Shown: positions 36,204-46,665, counted from the stretch's first letter. The stretch is DNA of 64,000 bases from Sphingomonadales bacterium (GCA_046756385.1 JBHHWG010000003.1:6298-70297); one strand, 5' to 3'. The notes: a model not told the origin generated them from the letters alone. Numbers and translations: made by a program.

Positions 36204-38621
36204 ATGTCATTCTTCAATCGGAATTTGAGGCGGGCCGCTTTTTTGCTCTGTGGCACGGCACTTCTGCCCTGGGGGGCGCCAGAGGCCCTGGCCCAGCAAG
36301 CCGACAGCGAACCAGACCTGCAAACCCTTGAAGAAATAGTGGTCACGGCGCGCAAGCGGGAGGAAAGCCTGCAACGAACCCCAATTTCGATCACAGCCTT
36401 TACCGGAATGAGCCTGGACCAGCAGAACATCACCAATGTCTCGCAGATCGCCGAGGCGACGCCCAATCTTATTTTCGATACCGGCGCGCCGATTTCGGGT
36501 ACCAGCTCGGCGGCGTCGGTTTATATCCGTGGCATCGGCCAGATTGATTTCACGCTCACAACCGAGCCCGGCGTCGGCATTTACCTCGACGGCATCTATT
36601 TATCTCAATCCATCGGCGGGGTTCTCGACCTCGTGGATGTTGAAAGAATTGAAGTGTTGCGGGGGCCGCAAGGCACCCTGTTCGGCCGCAACACCATCGG
36701 CGGCGCGATTAACATCACCTCGAAACTTCCCGACGACGAATATTCCGGCAACCTGTCGGTTACCGCGGGCAAATTCGATCGCATCGACACCCGGCTCAAT
36801 GTCAACCTGCCTCTGTCCGACACCTTGTTCGCCAAGGCCTCGGCGGTCACCTTCAACCGCAACGGATTCGTCGATACGCCGAACCGCCCCGGCAGGCTGG
36901 GCGACGATGACTTGCAGTCTGGCCGCCTCGCATTGCGCTGGACACCCTCGGGCACCTTCGAGGCTAACTTCTTCGCCGATTACACCCGCGGGCGCGAAAA
37001 CGGCGCCCCGGCGGTCTTGGTCGGCGAATTTACGGGATTGCCGTTCCCCCCCGCGCCGCTGCCGCCCAGTTTCGCCCAGCTTCACAATATTCTCACAGCC
37101 ATCGGCGCACTTCCGGGCGCGGCCTTTTTCGGCCCCGCCGATGTTGTCGATATCGATGGCCCCCTGGTCAATACCAGCGACATCGACCTCAGTTCAGAGG
37201 CCGACATCTGGGGCCTCGGCCTGGTGATGGACTGGGATATCGGCTTCATGAATATCAAGTCGATATCCTCGTTTCGCAGCGTGGAAGCCCGGACGGGTCG
37301 CGATCAGGATGGCACGCCGGCGATCATCGGCCAGCAGCTCGATACCTTTGACGTCGATCAATTCAGCCAGGAGCTGCAATTTTCCGGCGAGGCCATGGCC
37401 GGCCGGCTCAACTGGATCCTCGGCCTTTATCACTTTATCGAGGATGGGGTGAATATCGACGACGTGGAATTCACGCCGGTCCGCATCATTTCCGGGGCCA
37501 AGGTCGACAACCGCAGCTCCGCTGTTTTCGGCCAATTCTCCTATGATCTTCTCAATGACTTGAGCCTCACGGCCGGCTTTCGGTTCACCGACGAGCGCAA
37601 AAAAGTCATCATCGACGACAGCATACAGTTCGTCCTGAATTCCAAGTTCACGAGTTCCAATATTCCGTTCCCGCCCGGCCCGCCGGTGCTGCCGTTATCC
37701 GACGCCCAGGGCAATTTCGTGGCTCCGCTGTTCGGGCTGATCGGCGTGGGCGAGCCTGACCCCGCCAATCCCGGCTTTTTCGGGCCGACGCGGGTGCTGC
37801 CCGAGGGCATCAGCACCCAGGACATCAGCGAGTTCACGCCCTATGTCAGCCTGGCCTACCAGTGGACCGCGGACATCATGACCTATGTCTCCTACTCCGA
37901 GGGCTTCAAGTCGGGCGGCTTCACCCAGCGGGTATTCCCACCCAAGACCGGCATTCCGGTGTTCGCACCGGAATTCGCCCAGGTCTTCGAGGCCGGTTTC
38001 AAACTCTCGGCGCTCGACAACCGGCTGCGGTTCAACGGCGCGGCATTCCATACCGATTACGACGATCTTCAAATTCAGGTTAATGACGGCATCGCGCCGG
38101 TTACCCGCAATGCGGCGGCCGCCGAGATCGACGGATTTGAGCTGGAGCTGACCGCCCTGCCCGCGCCCGGCTGGATGATCAGCGGCGGCGTCGGCTTTAT
38201 GGATGCAGACTATACCGCGCTTGATCCCAGCGTCGCGCTGGCGACTGACATTCGCACCATCACCCTCGACAGCAAGCTTCCCAATGCGCCGAAGTGGCAG
38301 CTCAACGGCGCGATCAGCTATACCCATTCCCTGGCCAGCGGCGCGGCATTGGCGACCCGGTTCGACGTATCGTACCGCTCGCTCACCTTTAACGACGCCC
38401 TGAATTTCCCGGAAATCGCGCAGCCCGGCTACGCGTTGGTGAATGGCAGCATCACCTATGTCGCGCCCGGCGATAACTGGGAGGTCACCTTCTTCGTGCG
38501 CAACCTGACCGACAAGCGCTATCTTGTGTCGGGCTTCGCCAACGCACTCACCCAGGGGACCGCCGACGGCATTGTGGGCCGGCCCCGCGAATGGGCGGTG
38601 CGGGTCGGCTACAGCTTTTAG
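36204..38621 (+). CDS. TonB-dependent outer-membrane receptor
   Basis: A signal peptide ends in ALAQQ. Plug-domain blocks are present (EEIVVTARKREESLQRTP, RIEVLRGPQGTLFGRNTIGGAINI), and the protein ends in a terminal aromatic residue (VGYSF). GGGGAGG precedes ATG 36204. The tracked ORF opens at 36180. Confidence 0.9.
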   Translation: MSFFNRNLRRAAFLLCGTALLPWGAPEALAQQADSEPDLQTLEEIVVTARKREESLQRTPISITAFTGMSLDQQNITNVSQIAEATPNLIFDTGAPISGTSSAASVYIRGIGQIDFTLTTEPGVGIYLDGIYLSQSIGGVLDLVDVERIEVLRGPQGTLFGRNTIGGAINITSKLPDDEYSGNLSVTAGKFDRIDTRLNVNLPLSDTLFAKASAVTFNRNGFVDTPNRPGRLGDDDLQSGRLALRWTPSGTFEANFFADYTRGRENGAPAVLVGEFTGLPFPPAPLPPSFAQLHNILTAIGALPGAAFFGPADVVDIDGPLVNTSDIDLSSEADIWGLGLVMDWDIGFMNIKSISSFRSVEARTGRDQDGTPAIIGQQLDTFDVDQFSQELQFSGEAMAGRLNWILGLYHFIEDGVNIDDVEFTPVRIISGAKVDNRSSAVFGQFSYDLLNDLSLTAGFRFTDERKKVIIDDSIQFVLNSKFTSSNIPFPPGPPVLPLSDAQGNFVAPLFGLIGVGEPDPANPGFFGPTRVLPEGISTQDISEFTPYVSLAYQWTADIMTYVSYSEGFKSGGFTQRVFPPKTGIPVFAPEFAQVFEAGFKLSALDNRLRFNGAAFHTDYDDLQIQVNDGIAPVTRNAAAAEIDGFELELTALPAPGWMISGGVGFMDADYTALDPSVALATDIRTITLDSKLPNAPKWQLNGAISYTHSLASGAALATRFDVSYRSLTFNDALNFPEIAQPGYALVNGSITYVAPGDNWEVTFFVRNLTDKRYLVSGFANALTQGTADGIVGRPREWAVRVGYSF

Positions 38622-38633
38622 GACCTGAAACTG

Positions 38634-40025
38634 ATGTCCCGGAGCCATCTCGGCGATCTCACGGCGATCATTGACGAACTGGACCGCCTTGGCCGCTTGA
38701 TCCGGGTAAAATCAGCGGTCGATCCCGCGTTCGATCTGGCCGGCATCGCCGCCAAATTCGAAGGCGGGCCGTCCGCGGTTCTGTTCGAAAACGTCAAGGG
38801 CCACAGCCATCCGGTTTTCACCGGCCTTTACTGGTCGCGGGAGTTGCTCGGCGATCTGATGGACAAGGATCAGCTTGAACTCCCGGCCGTCATCTCGGGC
38901 CATATCAAGAAATGGCAAAAGGACCCGGTGCATCCGGTCGTGGTCGAGACCGGTCCGGTGATGGAAGTCACCGAAAACGAAGTGGATCTGTCCAAACTGC
39001 CGATTCCCGTTCACGCGCTAAAAGATGGCGGCCAATATTTCGACGCCCCGGTGGTGATTGCGAAGGATCCGGAGACCGGGGTTCGCAACGCGTCGATTCA
39101 GCGGTTCATGGTGGTCGACAGCAACACGATGACCGTCAATATCGACGCCGGACGCCACCTGGAACTCTATCTCGACAAGGCGGCGAAACGGGGCGAAAGC
39201 CTGCCATTTACGCTCAATATCGGAGTCGGTCCCGGCCTGCATTTTGCCGCCGCCGCGCCGTCCGAGGCCGCGCCCGCCGATACCGACGAACTGGGCATCG
39301 CCAGCGAATTCCAGGGATCGCCGGTCGAACTGGTGCCGGGCACGGTCTCAGCGGTGGAAATGGTCGCCAGCGCCATGTACGCCCTGGAATGCGAAATCAA
39401 ATCCGGCGAACTTGCCGACGAGGGGCCGTTCGCGGAGGTGACCGGCTACTACGCCAAACGCGCGCCCCGCCCGGTGGTCCACGTCAAGGCGGCGCATCGG
39501 CGGCGCAACCCGGTATTTCAAACCATCCTGTCAGGCATCGAGGTCTGGAACTCGGTCGGGCTGCTGGGTGAGGCCAATGTTCTGGCGTTGCTCCAGCAGC
39601 AAATCCCTGGTGTGCGGGACGTCTATTTCACCCATGGCGGCGGCGGCTTTTACCACGCCGTGGTGCAAATCGAACAAAAGCGCGCCGGCTGGCCCAAACA
39701 GGCCATGATGGCGGCTTTCGCGGCATTCCCGCCGCTTAAAATGGTGACGGTGGTCGATGAGGATGTCGATATCCGCAACCCGTCCGACGTTGAATGGGCG
39801 ATGGCCACCCGCCTCGACCCCAACTCCGGCATCCTGGTCATTGAAAATGTATTCGGCCACGGCCTCAATCCCGGCTTTCCCGGCTATCTCGGCGCCAAGG
39901 TCGGTTTCGACGCCACCAAGCCCTATCCGCCAGGCCCCGAATATGAACGCGCGTCCTATAAACCGGTTTCACTGGACGGGCTCGATATCGATTATCCGGC
40001 GGCGCGTATCAAATCAACCCGGTGA
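38634..40025 (+). CDS. UbiD-family (prenylated-FMN-dependent) decarboxylase
   Basis: The N-terminus is UbiD-like (LGDLTAIIDELDRLGRLIRVKSAVDP...GGPSAVLFENVKG) and the size is right (463 aa). It starts 13 nt after the receptor gene. Confidence 0.88.
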   Translation: MSRSHLGDLTAIIDELDRLGRLIRVKSAVDPAFDLAGIAAKFEGGPSAVLFENVKGHSHPVFTGLYWSRELLGDLMDKDQLELPAVISGHIKKWQKDPVHPVVVETGPVMEVTENEVDLSKLPIPVHALKDGGQYFDAPVVIAKDPETGVRNASIQRFMVVDSNTMTVNIDAGRHLELYLDKAAKRGESLPFTLNIGVGPGLHFAAAAPSEAAPADTDELGIASEFQGSPVELVPGTVSAVEMVASAMYALECEIKSGELADEGPFAEVTGYYAKRAPRPVVHVKAAHRRRNPVFQTILSGIEVWNSVGLLGEANVLALLQQQIPGVRDVYFTHGGGGFYHAVVQIEQKRAGWPKQAMMAAFAAFPPLKMVTVVDEDVDIRNPSDVEWAMATRLDPNSGILVIENVFGHGLNPGFPGYLGAKVGFDATKPYPPGPEYERASYKPVSLDGLDIDYPAARIKSTR

Positions 40026-41376
40026 CAAATATTAAAGCGACGGCGGCGGGCGCTATATAGCGCAGCAGGAAACGCCACAGGCTGTACGCTCCGCCGTCGC
40101 CCATGCCGAGTTCCTCGCACACCAGGTCTCGCGACAGCCGCCAGCCGACAAACAACGCGATCAGAATACCGCCCATGGGCAGCATGATTTTACTGATCAG
40201 CCCGTCGGCGAGGGCGAACAGGTTTGCTTCCCTGAATTTCCCGATGAACGCCAGCGGATAAAACTGTTTCCAAACGCTGAATGACAGCAGGCTGGCCAGA
40301 CCGAGCACCCACGCGCCGATGCCGGCGAAGACGGCGCCCCAGCACCGTCTGATGTTCAGTTTTTCCTCAGCCCACGAAACGACCGGTTCGAGGACGCCAA
40401 TCGAAGACGTCAGCGTGGCAATCACAAGCAGCACAAAAAACAGGGTGCCCAGCAACCCACCACCCGGCATGCCGCCCAGCGCGAGGGGAAAGATCACAAA
40501 TACCAGACCCGGCCCGTGGGCGGGATCGAGGCCGGTTGCAAACACGATCGGGAAGATCGCCAACCCGGCCAGCAGGGCCGCCAGGGCATCGGCCATCGAG
40601 ATTGTGGCGGCGGCGCGGCCGATCGAAATATTCGACGGCACATAAGCGCCATAGGCCATCATGATCCCCGACGCGATGCCGATCGACAAGAACGCCTGCC
40701 CAACCGCCTCGAGAACCACGCCTGCGTCAATGGCCGAAAAATCGGGCGCGAACAGAAACGCGAGGCCGGCCGCAAAATCGCCGGCGACCGCGGCATAGCC
40801 GACCATAATGATCAACAGTCCGAATAGCGCCGGCATCAGCAGCTTTACGCTTTTTTCGATGCCCTTTTTGATGCCGCGGGCGACGATGAAAGCGGTCAGC
40901 GCCAGAAACAGGCCGTTCAGTGCGACCAGTTGAACCGGGTTGTGCAACACCGCCTTCAACGTGGCCTCGGCTTCGCTGCCCGACATGCCGGAAAGCGCGC
41001 CGGAAGCCGCGAGGGGAATAAAGGAAGCGGCCCAAGCTGCGATCGGGCCGAAAAATGACAGCACCAGAAACGCCGCCGTCATTCCCAACCAGCCGACGCC
41101 CCGCCACGCCGGCGACAGCCTGGCTTCGGCGGCCACGGCGGCCATGGCGTTCACCGGGCTTTGCTGGCCTCGCCGCCCGATCAGGAATTCGGCCATCAGG
41201 ATCGGAATCGCGACCGCGACCACGCACACCAGATAGACCAGCACGAACGCGCTGCCGCCATTCTTTCCAACCATGTAGGGAAACCTCCAGATGTTTCCCA
41301 TGCCCACGGCGCCGCCAATCGCCGCCAGCAAAAAACCCGCCCGCGACGACCACAGTTCATGATGACGCTGCTCCAT
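40009..41376 (-). CDS. Sodium-dependent transporter, neurotransmitter:sodium symporter (SNF) family
   Basis: N-terminal signature is WSSRAGFLLAAIGGAVGMGNIWRFPY, and the protein is polytopic with about 11-12 TM helices. Its 3' end overlaps the convergent UbiD gene by 17 nt. Confidence 0.92.
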   Translation of the reverse strand: MEQRHHELWSSRAGFLLAAIGGAVGMGNIWRFPYMVGKNGGSAFVLVYLVCVVAVAIPILMAEFLIGRRGQQSPVNAMAAVAAEARLSPAWRGVGWLGMTAAFLVLSFFGPIAAWAASFIPLAASGALSGMSGSEAEATLKAVLHNPVQLVALNGLFLALTAFIVARGIKKGIEKSVKLLMPALFGLLIIMVGYAAVAGDFAAGLAFLFAPDFSAIDAGVVLEAVGQAFLSIGIASGIMMAYGAYVPSNISIGRAAATISMADALAALLAGLAIFPIVFATGLDPAHGPGLVFVIFPLALGGMPGGGLLGTLFFVLLVIATLTSSIGVLEPVVSWAEEKLNIRRCWGAVFAGIGAWVLGLASLLSFSVWKQFYPLAFIGKFREANLFALADGLISKIMLPMGGILIALFVGWRLSRDLVCEELGMGDGGAYSLWRFLLRYIAPAAVALIFVTGLI

Positions 41377-41520
41377 TGCGCCCCTCCCCTTTTTTCTTTT
41401 ACGCCCGGTTGTTGTTTTACGGCCGATCGCCAGCCATTTCCACCGGCCTCGCGATCATGGCGCTCAGAACCGCCACCATTGGTGAGAGACGGCAAACACC
41501 GGACTCCCCATCTTCATCAA

Positions 41521-41880
41521 AACATGTTAGTCTTTTTTTATTATTTTTTATCACAAAATGTAATCATGCGCATCGCATGTATATCCTTCATTACCATCGA
41601 CAAAATTACAGTATATCACTCATGTTAGCATTGACATCGCAACAACTAATGCGTTTTTTCTACTCATATATTTTTTTGGAAATATAATATCGCTCTCTAT
41701 ATTTACCATCATATCAAACAAAGACATTTTTGCTTGCTTTTCTATTTATATCAAATCACGTAACACACCACAGCAACAAGAGTGGTGAATATTTTCCTAA
41801 TTTTATAGCTTATACAAAAAAGACATGCGTCAATATCTCTCAACGTCGACGTGGCTAATTTCTCGTTTTGTACTACATTA
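41521..41880. promoter_or_regulatory. AT-rich island within the divergent intergenic region between the SNF transporter and the PAS kinase
   Basis: My hand count over 41521-41880 gives 110 G+C in 360 nt (about 31%), against clearly GC-rich flanks. It contains the palindrome CATGCG-CAT-CGCATG and several T/A runs. Confidence 0.5.
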
Positions 41881-41939
41881 TTTTACCTACGTATATTGCA
41901 GGCCTTGATGCGCGGACGCAACGGCACGAAAGGCCGCAC

Positions 41940-44582
41940 ATGGCCAAATCAGCAACTACCGGGAATCGAATACTCGCCTCGATCCGCACGGGGATCGAAC
42001 ACATGGATCAAGGGGTCAGCATTTACAATGCCGATCTTAATTGCGTCGTTTGCAACCAGGCCTTTGTCGACTTTCTCGGGTTATCCGGGGAACTGGCCCA
42101 GCCCGGCGCCCGTCTTGTTGATCTTGTCGATTTCCTGTCGTCACCAACCGATTACGGACCCCGCGACCTCGAAGCACTGATACGACGGCGCCTGGATCTG
42201 GTTGCCGATTCTTCGTTTTGCGCCTTTGACGGACTGCCGCCCAGGAACAGCGACATTGAAATTCGCCAGACCAGGCCCCCGGAAGGCGGGCTTGTCCTCA
42301 CCCTGACCGATGTCCCCAAATGTCGGCAAATATCTGACAGATCACAATTTCAAGCGGAAATTATAAATCAGATACAGGAAGCGGTAGTAGTCACCACAAT
42401 AGACGGCGTCATTACTTTTTGGAATGCGGCGGCCGCAAAATTGTGGGGCTACAGCGCCAGCGAGGCGATCGGCCAACATAATTCCATGCTGCATGCCGAC
42501 TGTGTGCCCCAAACCGCCGAATCAGACCTGATACCCATCCTTAGGCAGGGCGTGAAACAATATGCCGCCCGACAATACAAGCGCAAGGACGGCGAGGTTT
42601 TCTGGGGGCGCCTGTCACTATCCGTTCTTGACAACGCCGATGGCGCGGCAGTCGCCATGATCGGATGCGTTGAGGACATCACTGAACGAAAACGGACCGA
42701 GGATGCGCTCAAGCGGAGCGAAAGGGAATATCGCAACCTGATTGATGAGTCTCCCCAGGGAATACTCATCACACGGGACAACAAGATCATCTATGCCAAC
42801 CAGGCCAAGGCGGAAATGCACGGCTACACCGTGGATGAACTTATTGGCATGGATGTCGGCCAACTTCTTCCGCCCAGCGAGCTGAAACGTATTCTAGCCC
42901 TTCGTGTTCTGGAAAAAATCAGGCATATCGAGTTGCGCACCTTGACACGCGACGGTGGCGAAATCTGGACAGTGGGCAACGCCATGAACATACAGTGGGA
43001 GGGGTTGCCCGCCAGGTTGTCCGCCACCGTCAACATCACCGGACACAAGCATGCCTTGGCCCAGCTGGAGGCCAGCGAACTGCAATTGCGCACCACCCTC
43101 GATACGTTGACCGACGCGATTATCACCATCGAAGAGCGGGGAACAATTTTGTCCTTTAATCCGGCGGCGGAGCGCATCTTCGGCTATGACGCACAAAACG
43201 TGATAGGGAAGAACGTGCAAATTCTCATGCCGCCCGCCATGGCTCGGATGCATAACGAATCTCTTGGCAAATTGATCGAAAATGCCGACAGGGCGATCGA
43301 GCCGCGCCGACGAGAAGTCACGGGGCGGCGGGCCGACGGCACGCTTTTCCCTATCGAGATCGACATCAACGAAATGTCCAGCGACGGACGGCGGCGGTTC
43401 GTCGGATCGCTGCGGGATATCACTGAAAGACAACAAACCGAACGCATTCTAAGCCGCCAGGCCCTGGCGCTGGCCAGCCTGAGCGAGGGGGTCGTCATGA
43501 CCGATCTGCGGCAGAAAATAGTCGATTGCAATGCCGCCGTGGAAAGTCTCTTTGGCTACTCCCGCAATGAGCTGATTGGAAAATCCGTTTGCAAACTGTT
43601 AACCCATCCCGGTAAATGGGAGCCGGCCACAGTCACTGCCATGGGTGACCAGGCAAGCCCGGTCCGTGACTTTACGGAAGTGCAATGTCTTCGACAGGAC
43701 GGGACCAGCTTTGATGGTGAACGGTTGGCCAGCCCTTTATACGACAAGGCCGGCACTTTGGCCGGAACTGTTTGCGTCTGGCGAGACGTTACGGAACGCA
43801 AAAAGACCGAAGCCATGTTGCGCCAGTCTCAAAAAATGGAGGCCGTGGGTCAGTTGACGGGAGGCATCGCACACGATTTCAATAACCTGCTCGCCATCAT
43901 TCAAGGCAATCTCGAACTGATTCTGGATGGAATGACGGACGACAAAGAGGTTATTCACCGCATCAGCCGTGCCCTGGATGCGACCGGTCGAGGCGCCAAA
44001 CTGGTCCGGCATCTGCTGATTTATTCCAGAACCCAGAGACTATCGCCAACAATTCTTGACGTTGGCGATGTTGTCGGCGAAATGGGTGAGTTAATGAAGC
44101 GAAGCATTGGCGGGCGGGCCCAAATCAAGACAGAATTTGAGCGCGATCAGTGGCCGGTGAAAATTGATCGTTCTCAGTTGGAAAACGCCATTCTCAATTT
44201 GGCGATCAATGCCCGCGACGCCATGGCCGGTGGCGGAACAATAACCATCACGACGGCCAACCTCGACGTGGACAGAGCAGTTCAGGAGAAGCACCCCTTT
44301 TTGAAAACCGGCCACTATGTGACCATTACGGTTTGCGACAACGGGGTCGGTATGGCGCCCGAAGTCGTCAAACACGCCTTTGACCCCTTCTTCACGACCA
44401 AGCCGGTCGGCCAGGGCAGCGGGCTGGGACTATCCATGGTGTTTGGATTCGTCAAGCAATCCGGCGGATACGTCACAATCGACAGCGCGGTCGGCGTCGG
44501 GACCAAAGTCGCACTCCACCTGCCGCGTTACAGCGAGGCGGCAAGTCTGGTCGAACCCGATCGCGTATCCGCCGCAAGATAG
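41940..44582 (+). CDS. Cytoplasmic multi-PAS sensor histidine kinase (no receiver domain)
   Basis: Four to five PAS/PAC repeats are present (recurring ...DITERK/DVTERKK junctions). It has an H-box (GGIAHDFNNLL) and HATPase N/G boxes (NLAINARDAM, DNGVGM, GQGSGLGLSMV). The likely start is ATG 41940. The tracked ORF opens at 41868 inside the AT-rich region. Confidence 0.9.
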   Translation: MAKSATTGNRILASIRTGIEHMDQGVSIYNADLNCVVCNQAFVDFLGLSGELAQPGARLVDLVDFLSSPTDYGPRDLEALIRRRLDLVADSSFCAFDGLPPRNSDIEIRQTRPPEGGLVLTLTDVPKCRQISDRSQFQAEIINQIQEAVVVTTIDGVITFWNAAAAKLWGYSASEAIGQHNSMLHADCVPQTAESDLIPILRQGVKQYAARQYKRKDGEVFWGRLSLSVLDNADGAAVAMIGCVEDITERKRTEDALKRSEREYRNLIDESPQGILITRDNKIIYANQAKAEMHGYTVDELIGMDVGQLLPPSELKRILALRVLEKIRHIELRTLTRDGGEIWTVGNAMNIQWEGLPARLSATVNITGHKHALAQLEASELQLRTTLDTLTDAIITIEERGTILSFNPAAERIFGYDAQNVIGKNVQILMPPAMARMHNESLGKLIENADRAIEPRRREVTGRRADGTLFPIEIDINEMSSDGRRRFVGSLRDITERQQTERILSRQALALASLSEGVVMTDLRQKIVDCNAAVESLFGYSRNELIGKSVCKLLTHPGKWEPATVTAMGDQASPVRDFTEVQCLRQDGTSFDGERLASPLYDKAGTLAGTVCVWRDVTERKKTEAMLRQSQKMEAVGQLTGGIAHDFNNLLAIIQGNLELILDGMTDDKEVIHRISRALDATGRGAKLVRHLLIYSRTQRLSPTILDVGDVVGEMGELMKRSIGGRAQIKTEFERDQWPVKIDRSQLENAILNLAINARDAMAGGGTITITTANLDVDRAVQEKHPFLKTGHYVTITVCDNGVGMAPEVVKHAFDPFFTTKPVGQGSGLGLSMVFGFVKQSGGYVTIDSAVGVGTKVALHLPRYSEAASLVEPDRVSAAR

Positions 44583-44606
44583 CCTTGGAATTTCTAATCG
44601 TCCGGC

Positions 44607-46418
44607 CTAATCGTCGGGAACAATATCGGAAACCACGGTCGTACGCGTCTCGTTCGAGCTGAAGGGGACGGTCCCGTGCCACAGATAGGACGGGAATACC
44701 GCGACCACCCCTTCGGCCGGCTGAATATAGCGCATCGGCTCGACCGGCGGATCGTACCGCGCGCCCGGCTGGCCGAAATGAATCCAGCCCTCGCGGGTGT
44801 TTTCGTTGGCGACCACCTTGGGCAGCTGGACGTAGAAGCAGGAACTCAGCCAACCGGCCGGATGAACATGATTGGTGTGCCATCCCTGTTTGCGCAACCT
44901 CACGGTAAAGGAGCCGGTAAACCGGGTCTTTTTGCACTTGCGCGAAAAAAGCGGATGAGTGGGGTCGTCGTCGAGGTCGGCGATATATTCCTGAATCACC
45001 TTTTCGAAAGACTGCTTGTAAAGCTGCACCATTTCGATGTCTTTATCAAACAATCCCTCATAGGACTGCGAGCCGCCGCGAAGCGTCTGGTCCATCGGAT
45101 GGTTTCTGGTCTCGCTATGCAGCGGCGTCAGGGCATGGAACAAATCACGGCAAAAGGCCGAGGAATCGTTGTATCCCGCCGGCAACGGCAGCTTGAACAC
45201 CCGGACCATGCGTTGGTAATCATTAACAATATCGTACCGCTTATCGCCGAGAAAACGCCAGCAGTCGGACTGATAGGCGATCAGTTCCTGGTCAAGCGGA
45301 TCGAGGGCGACAGCGCTGTTCATGATCTCAAGCGCGGCTTCGTATTCGTGAATACGGAGCAACGTGTCTGCATAACTCAGCAGATATTGCGGGTCATCAT
45401 CGACGAGATCCAGGCAGTTCTGGTGGTACACCAAGGCCTCTTCCTCGCGCCGTTGATGCGCCAGCGTTTTGCCTAACAGGTTCAACAGTTCCGGTTTCTG
45501 GCCAAAATGCTGGATTGCGGCTCTCAGGGTCTCCTCCGCCGGCGTCGAGGCCTTGGCGGAAATCAGTCGCTCCACATAGCGCAGCCACAAATCAAGCGAG
45601 TCCGGCTTGCGCTGAATTGCCGCCGGATAGGACTGCAGGAATTTGTTGGAATCGCCCCGGGTCCACAGAAGCTGATTCAAGTCATAGTGAGCCTCTTCGA
45701 AATCCGGCCTTAGCTCAATTGCCTTGTTATAGGAAGCCTCGGCCTCCTCTACCTTTTCCAGCAGTTGCAGGGCATTGGCGAGATTATAATGGGCCTCGGC
45801 GATGTTGGGATCGCCTTTGAGCACCTTGCGGTAGCATTCGATCGCGCCTTCGAGGTTACCGGAAAGCCGTAACGCAACACCCAGATTATGCATGGCCTTC
45901 AGGTAATCGGGCCGGATCTCGAGCGCCTTATGATAGGCCGCAACAGCCTCATCGATCTTCCCCGCATCCTTGAGCACATTACCCAGGGAATTGTAGGCCT
46001 GATGATACTTCGGATGGACCGAAACCGCCGTGCGCAAGGCGTCTATCGCCTGATCAAGCTCCTCCGTCGATCTTAGAGCCAGGCCGAGATTATGCCACGC
46101 CTCGGCGTAATCGCCCTTCAGCTCTGTCGCGGTCCGGTAGCAAGCGATGGCGTCCTTCTCCCGGCCGAGAGCCCTTTGCACATTGCCCAGATTATTGTGA
46201 ACGTGCGGCTGCTCGGGAACCTTTGCGATCGATTGCCGCATCAGGCTATCGGCGCGCTCATACTGCCCCATGTTCTGACACAGCAGACCATAAAGCTGGA
46301 GGGCATCCGGATTATCCGGGTGTTCATCCAAAAATCGGCGATAAAGCTTTTCCGCCTCCCCCCGATCACCCTGTCGGTGCTGCGTCATGGCAGCTTGCAG
46401 CAGACTCTGATCCAACAC
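44607..46418 (-). CDS. TPR-repeat protein fused to a C-terminal 2OG-Fe(II) oxygenase-like domain
   Basis: About eight N-terminal TPRs are present (AWHNLG, AYNSLG, AMHNLG, AHYNLA). The C-terminal block WHTNHVHPAGWLSSCFYV...VFPSYLWHGTVPF resembles the putative 2OG-Fe(II) oxygenase family (PF13759-like, from memory). Confidence 0.8.
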   Translation of the reverse strand: MLDQSLLQAAMTQHRQGDRGEAEKLYRRFLDEHPDNPDALQLYGLLCQNMGQYERADSLMRQSIAKVPEQPHVHNNLGNVQRALGREKDAIACYRTATELKGDYAEAWHNLGLALRSTEELDQAIDALRTAVSVHPKYHQAYNSLGNVLKDAGKIDEAVAAYHKALEIRPDYLKAMHNLGVALRLSGNLEGAIECYRKVLKGDPNIAEAHYNLANALQLLEKVEEAEASYNKAIELRPDFEEAHYDLNQLLWTRGDSNKFLQSYPAAIQRKPDSLDLWLRYVERLISAKASTPAEETLRAAIQHFGQKPELLNLLGKTLAHQRREEEALVYHQNCLDLVDDDPQYLLSYADTLLRIHEYEAALEIMNSAVALDPLDQELIAYQSDCWRFLGDKRYDIVNDYQRMVRVFKLPLPAGYNDSSAFCRDLFHALTPLHSETRNHPMDQTLRGGSQSYEGLFDKDIEMVQLYKQSFEKVIQEYIADLDDDPTHPLFSRKCKKTRFTGSFTVRLRKQGWHTNHVHPAGWLSSCFYVQLPKVVANENTREGWIHFGQPGARYDPPVEPMRYIQPAEGVVAVFPSYLWHGTVPFSSNETRTTVVSDIVPDD

Positions 46419-46665
46419 GCCGCCTCCCCTGAATCCCTTTTCGCCCGAGCGGTCTCATGAACCGAACCGACCATAGCCCGTGACGACCGCTTCTCCCGGT
46501 TCCACCTTGAACACCGCGCATAAACGCCCGCGGGTCGCGGAGCGGAATTACCCTACCGGCAGGAGAGTATTTAAACCACCTCGCCATGGCCCGGTCAAGC
46601 AGCAAAGCCGCCCCGCCAATCATGCCGCGTTTCATGAAATCACTGAATCCGCGCTGAAATCCACC

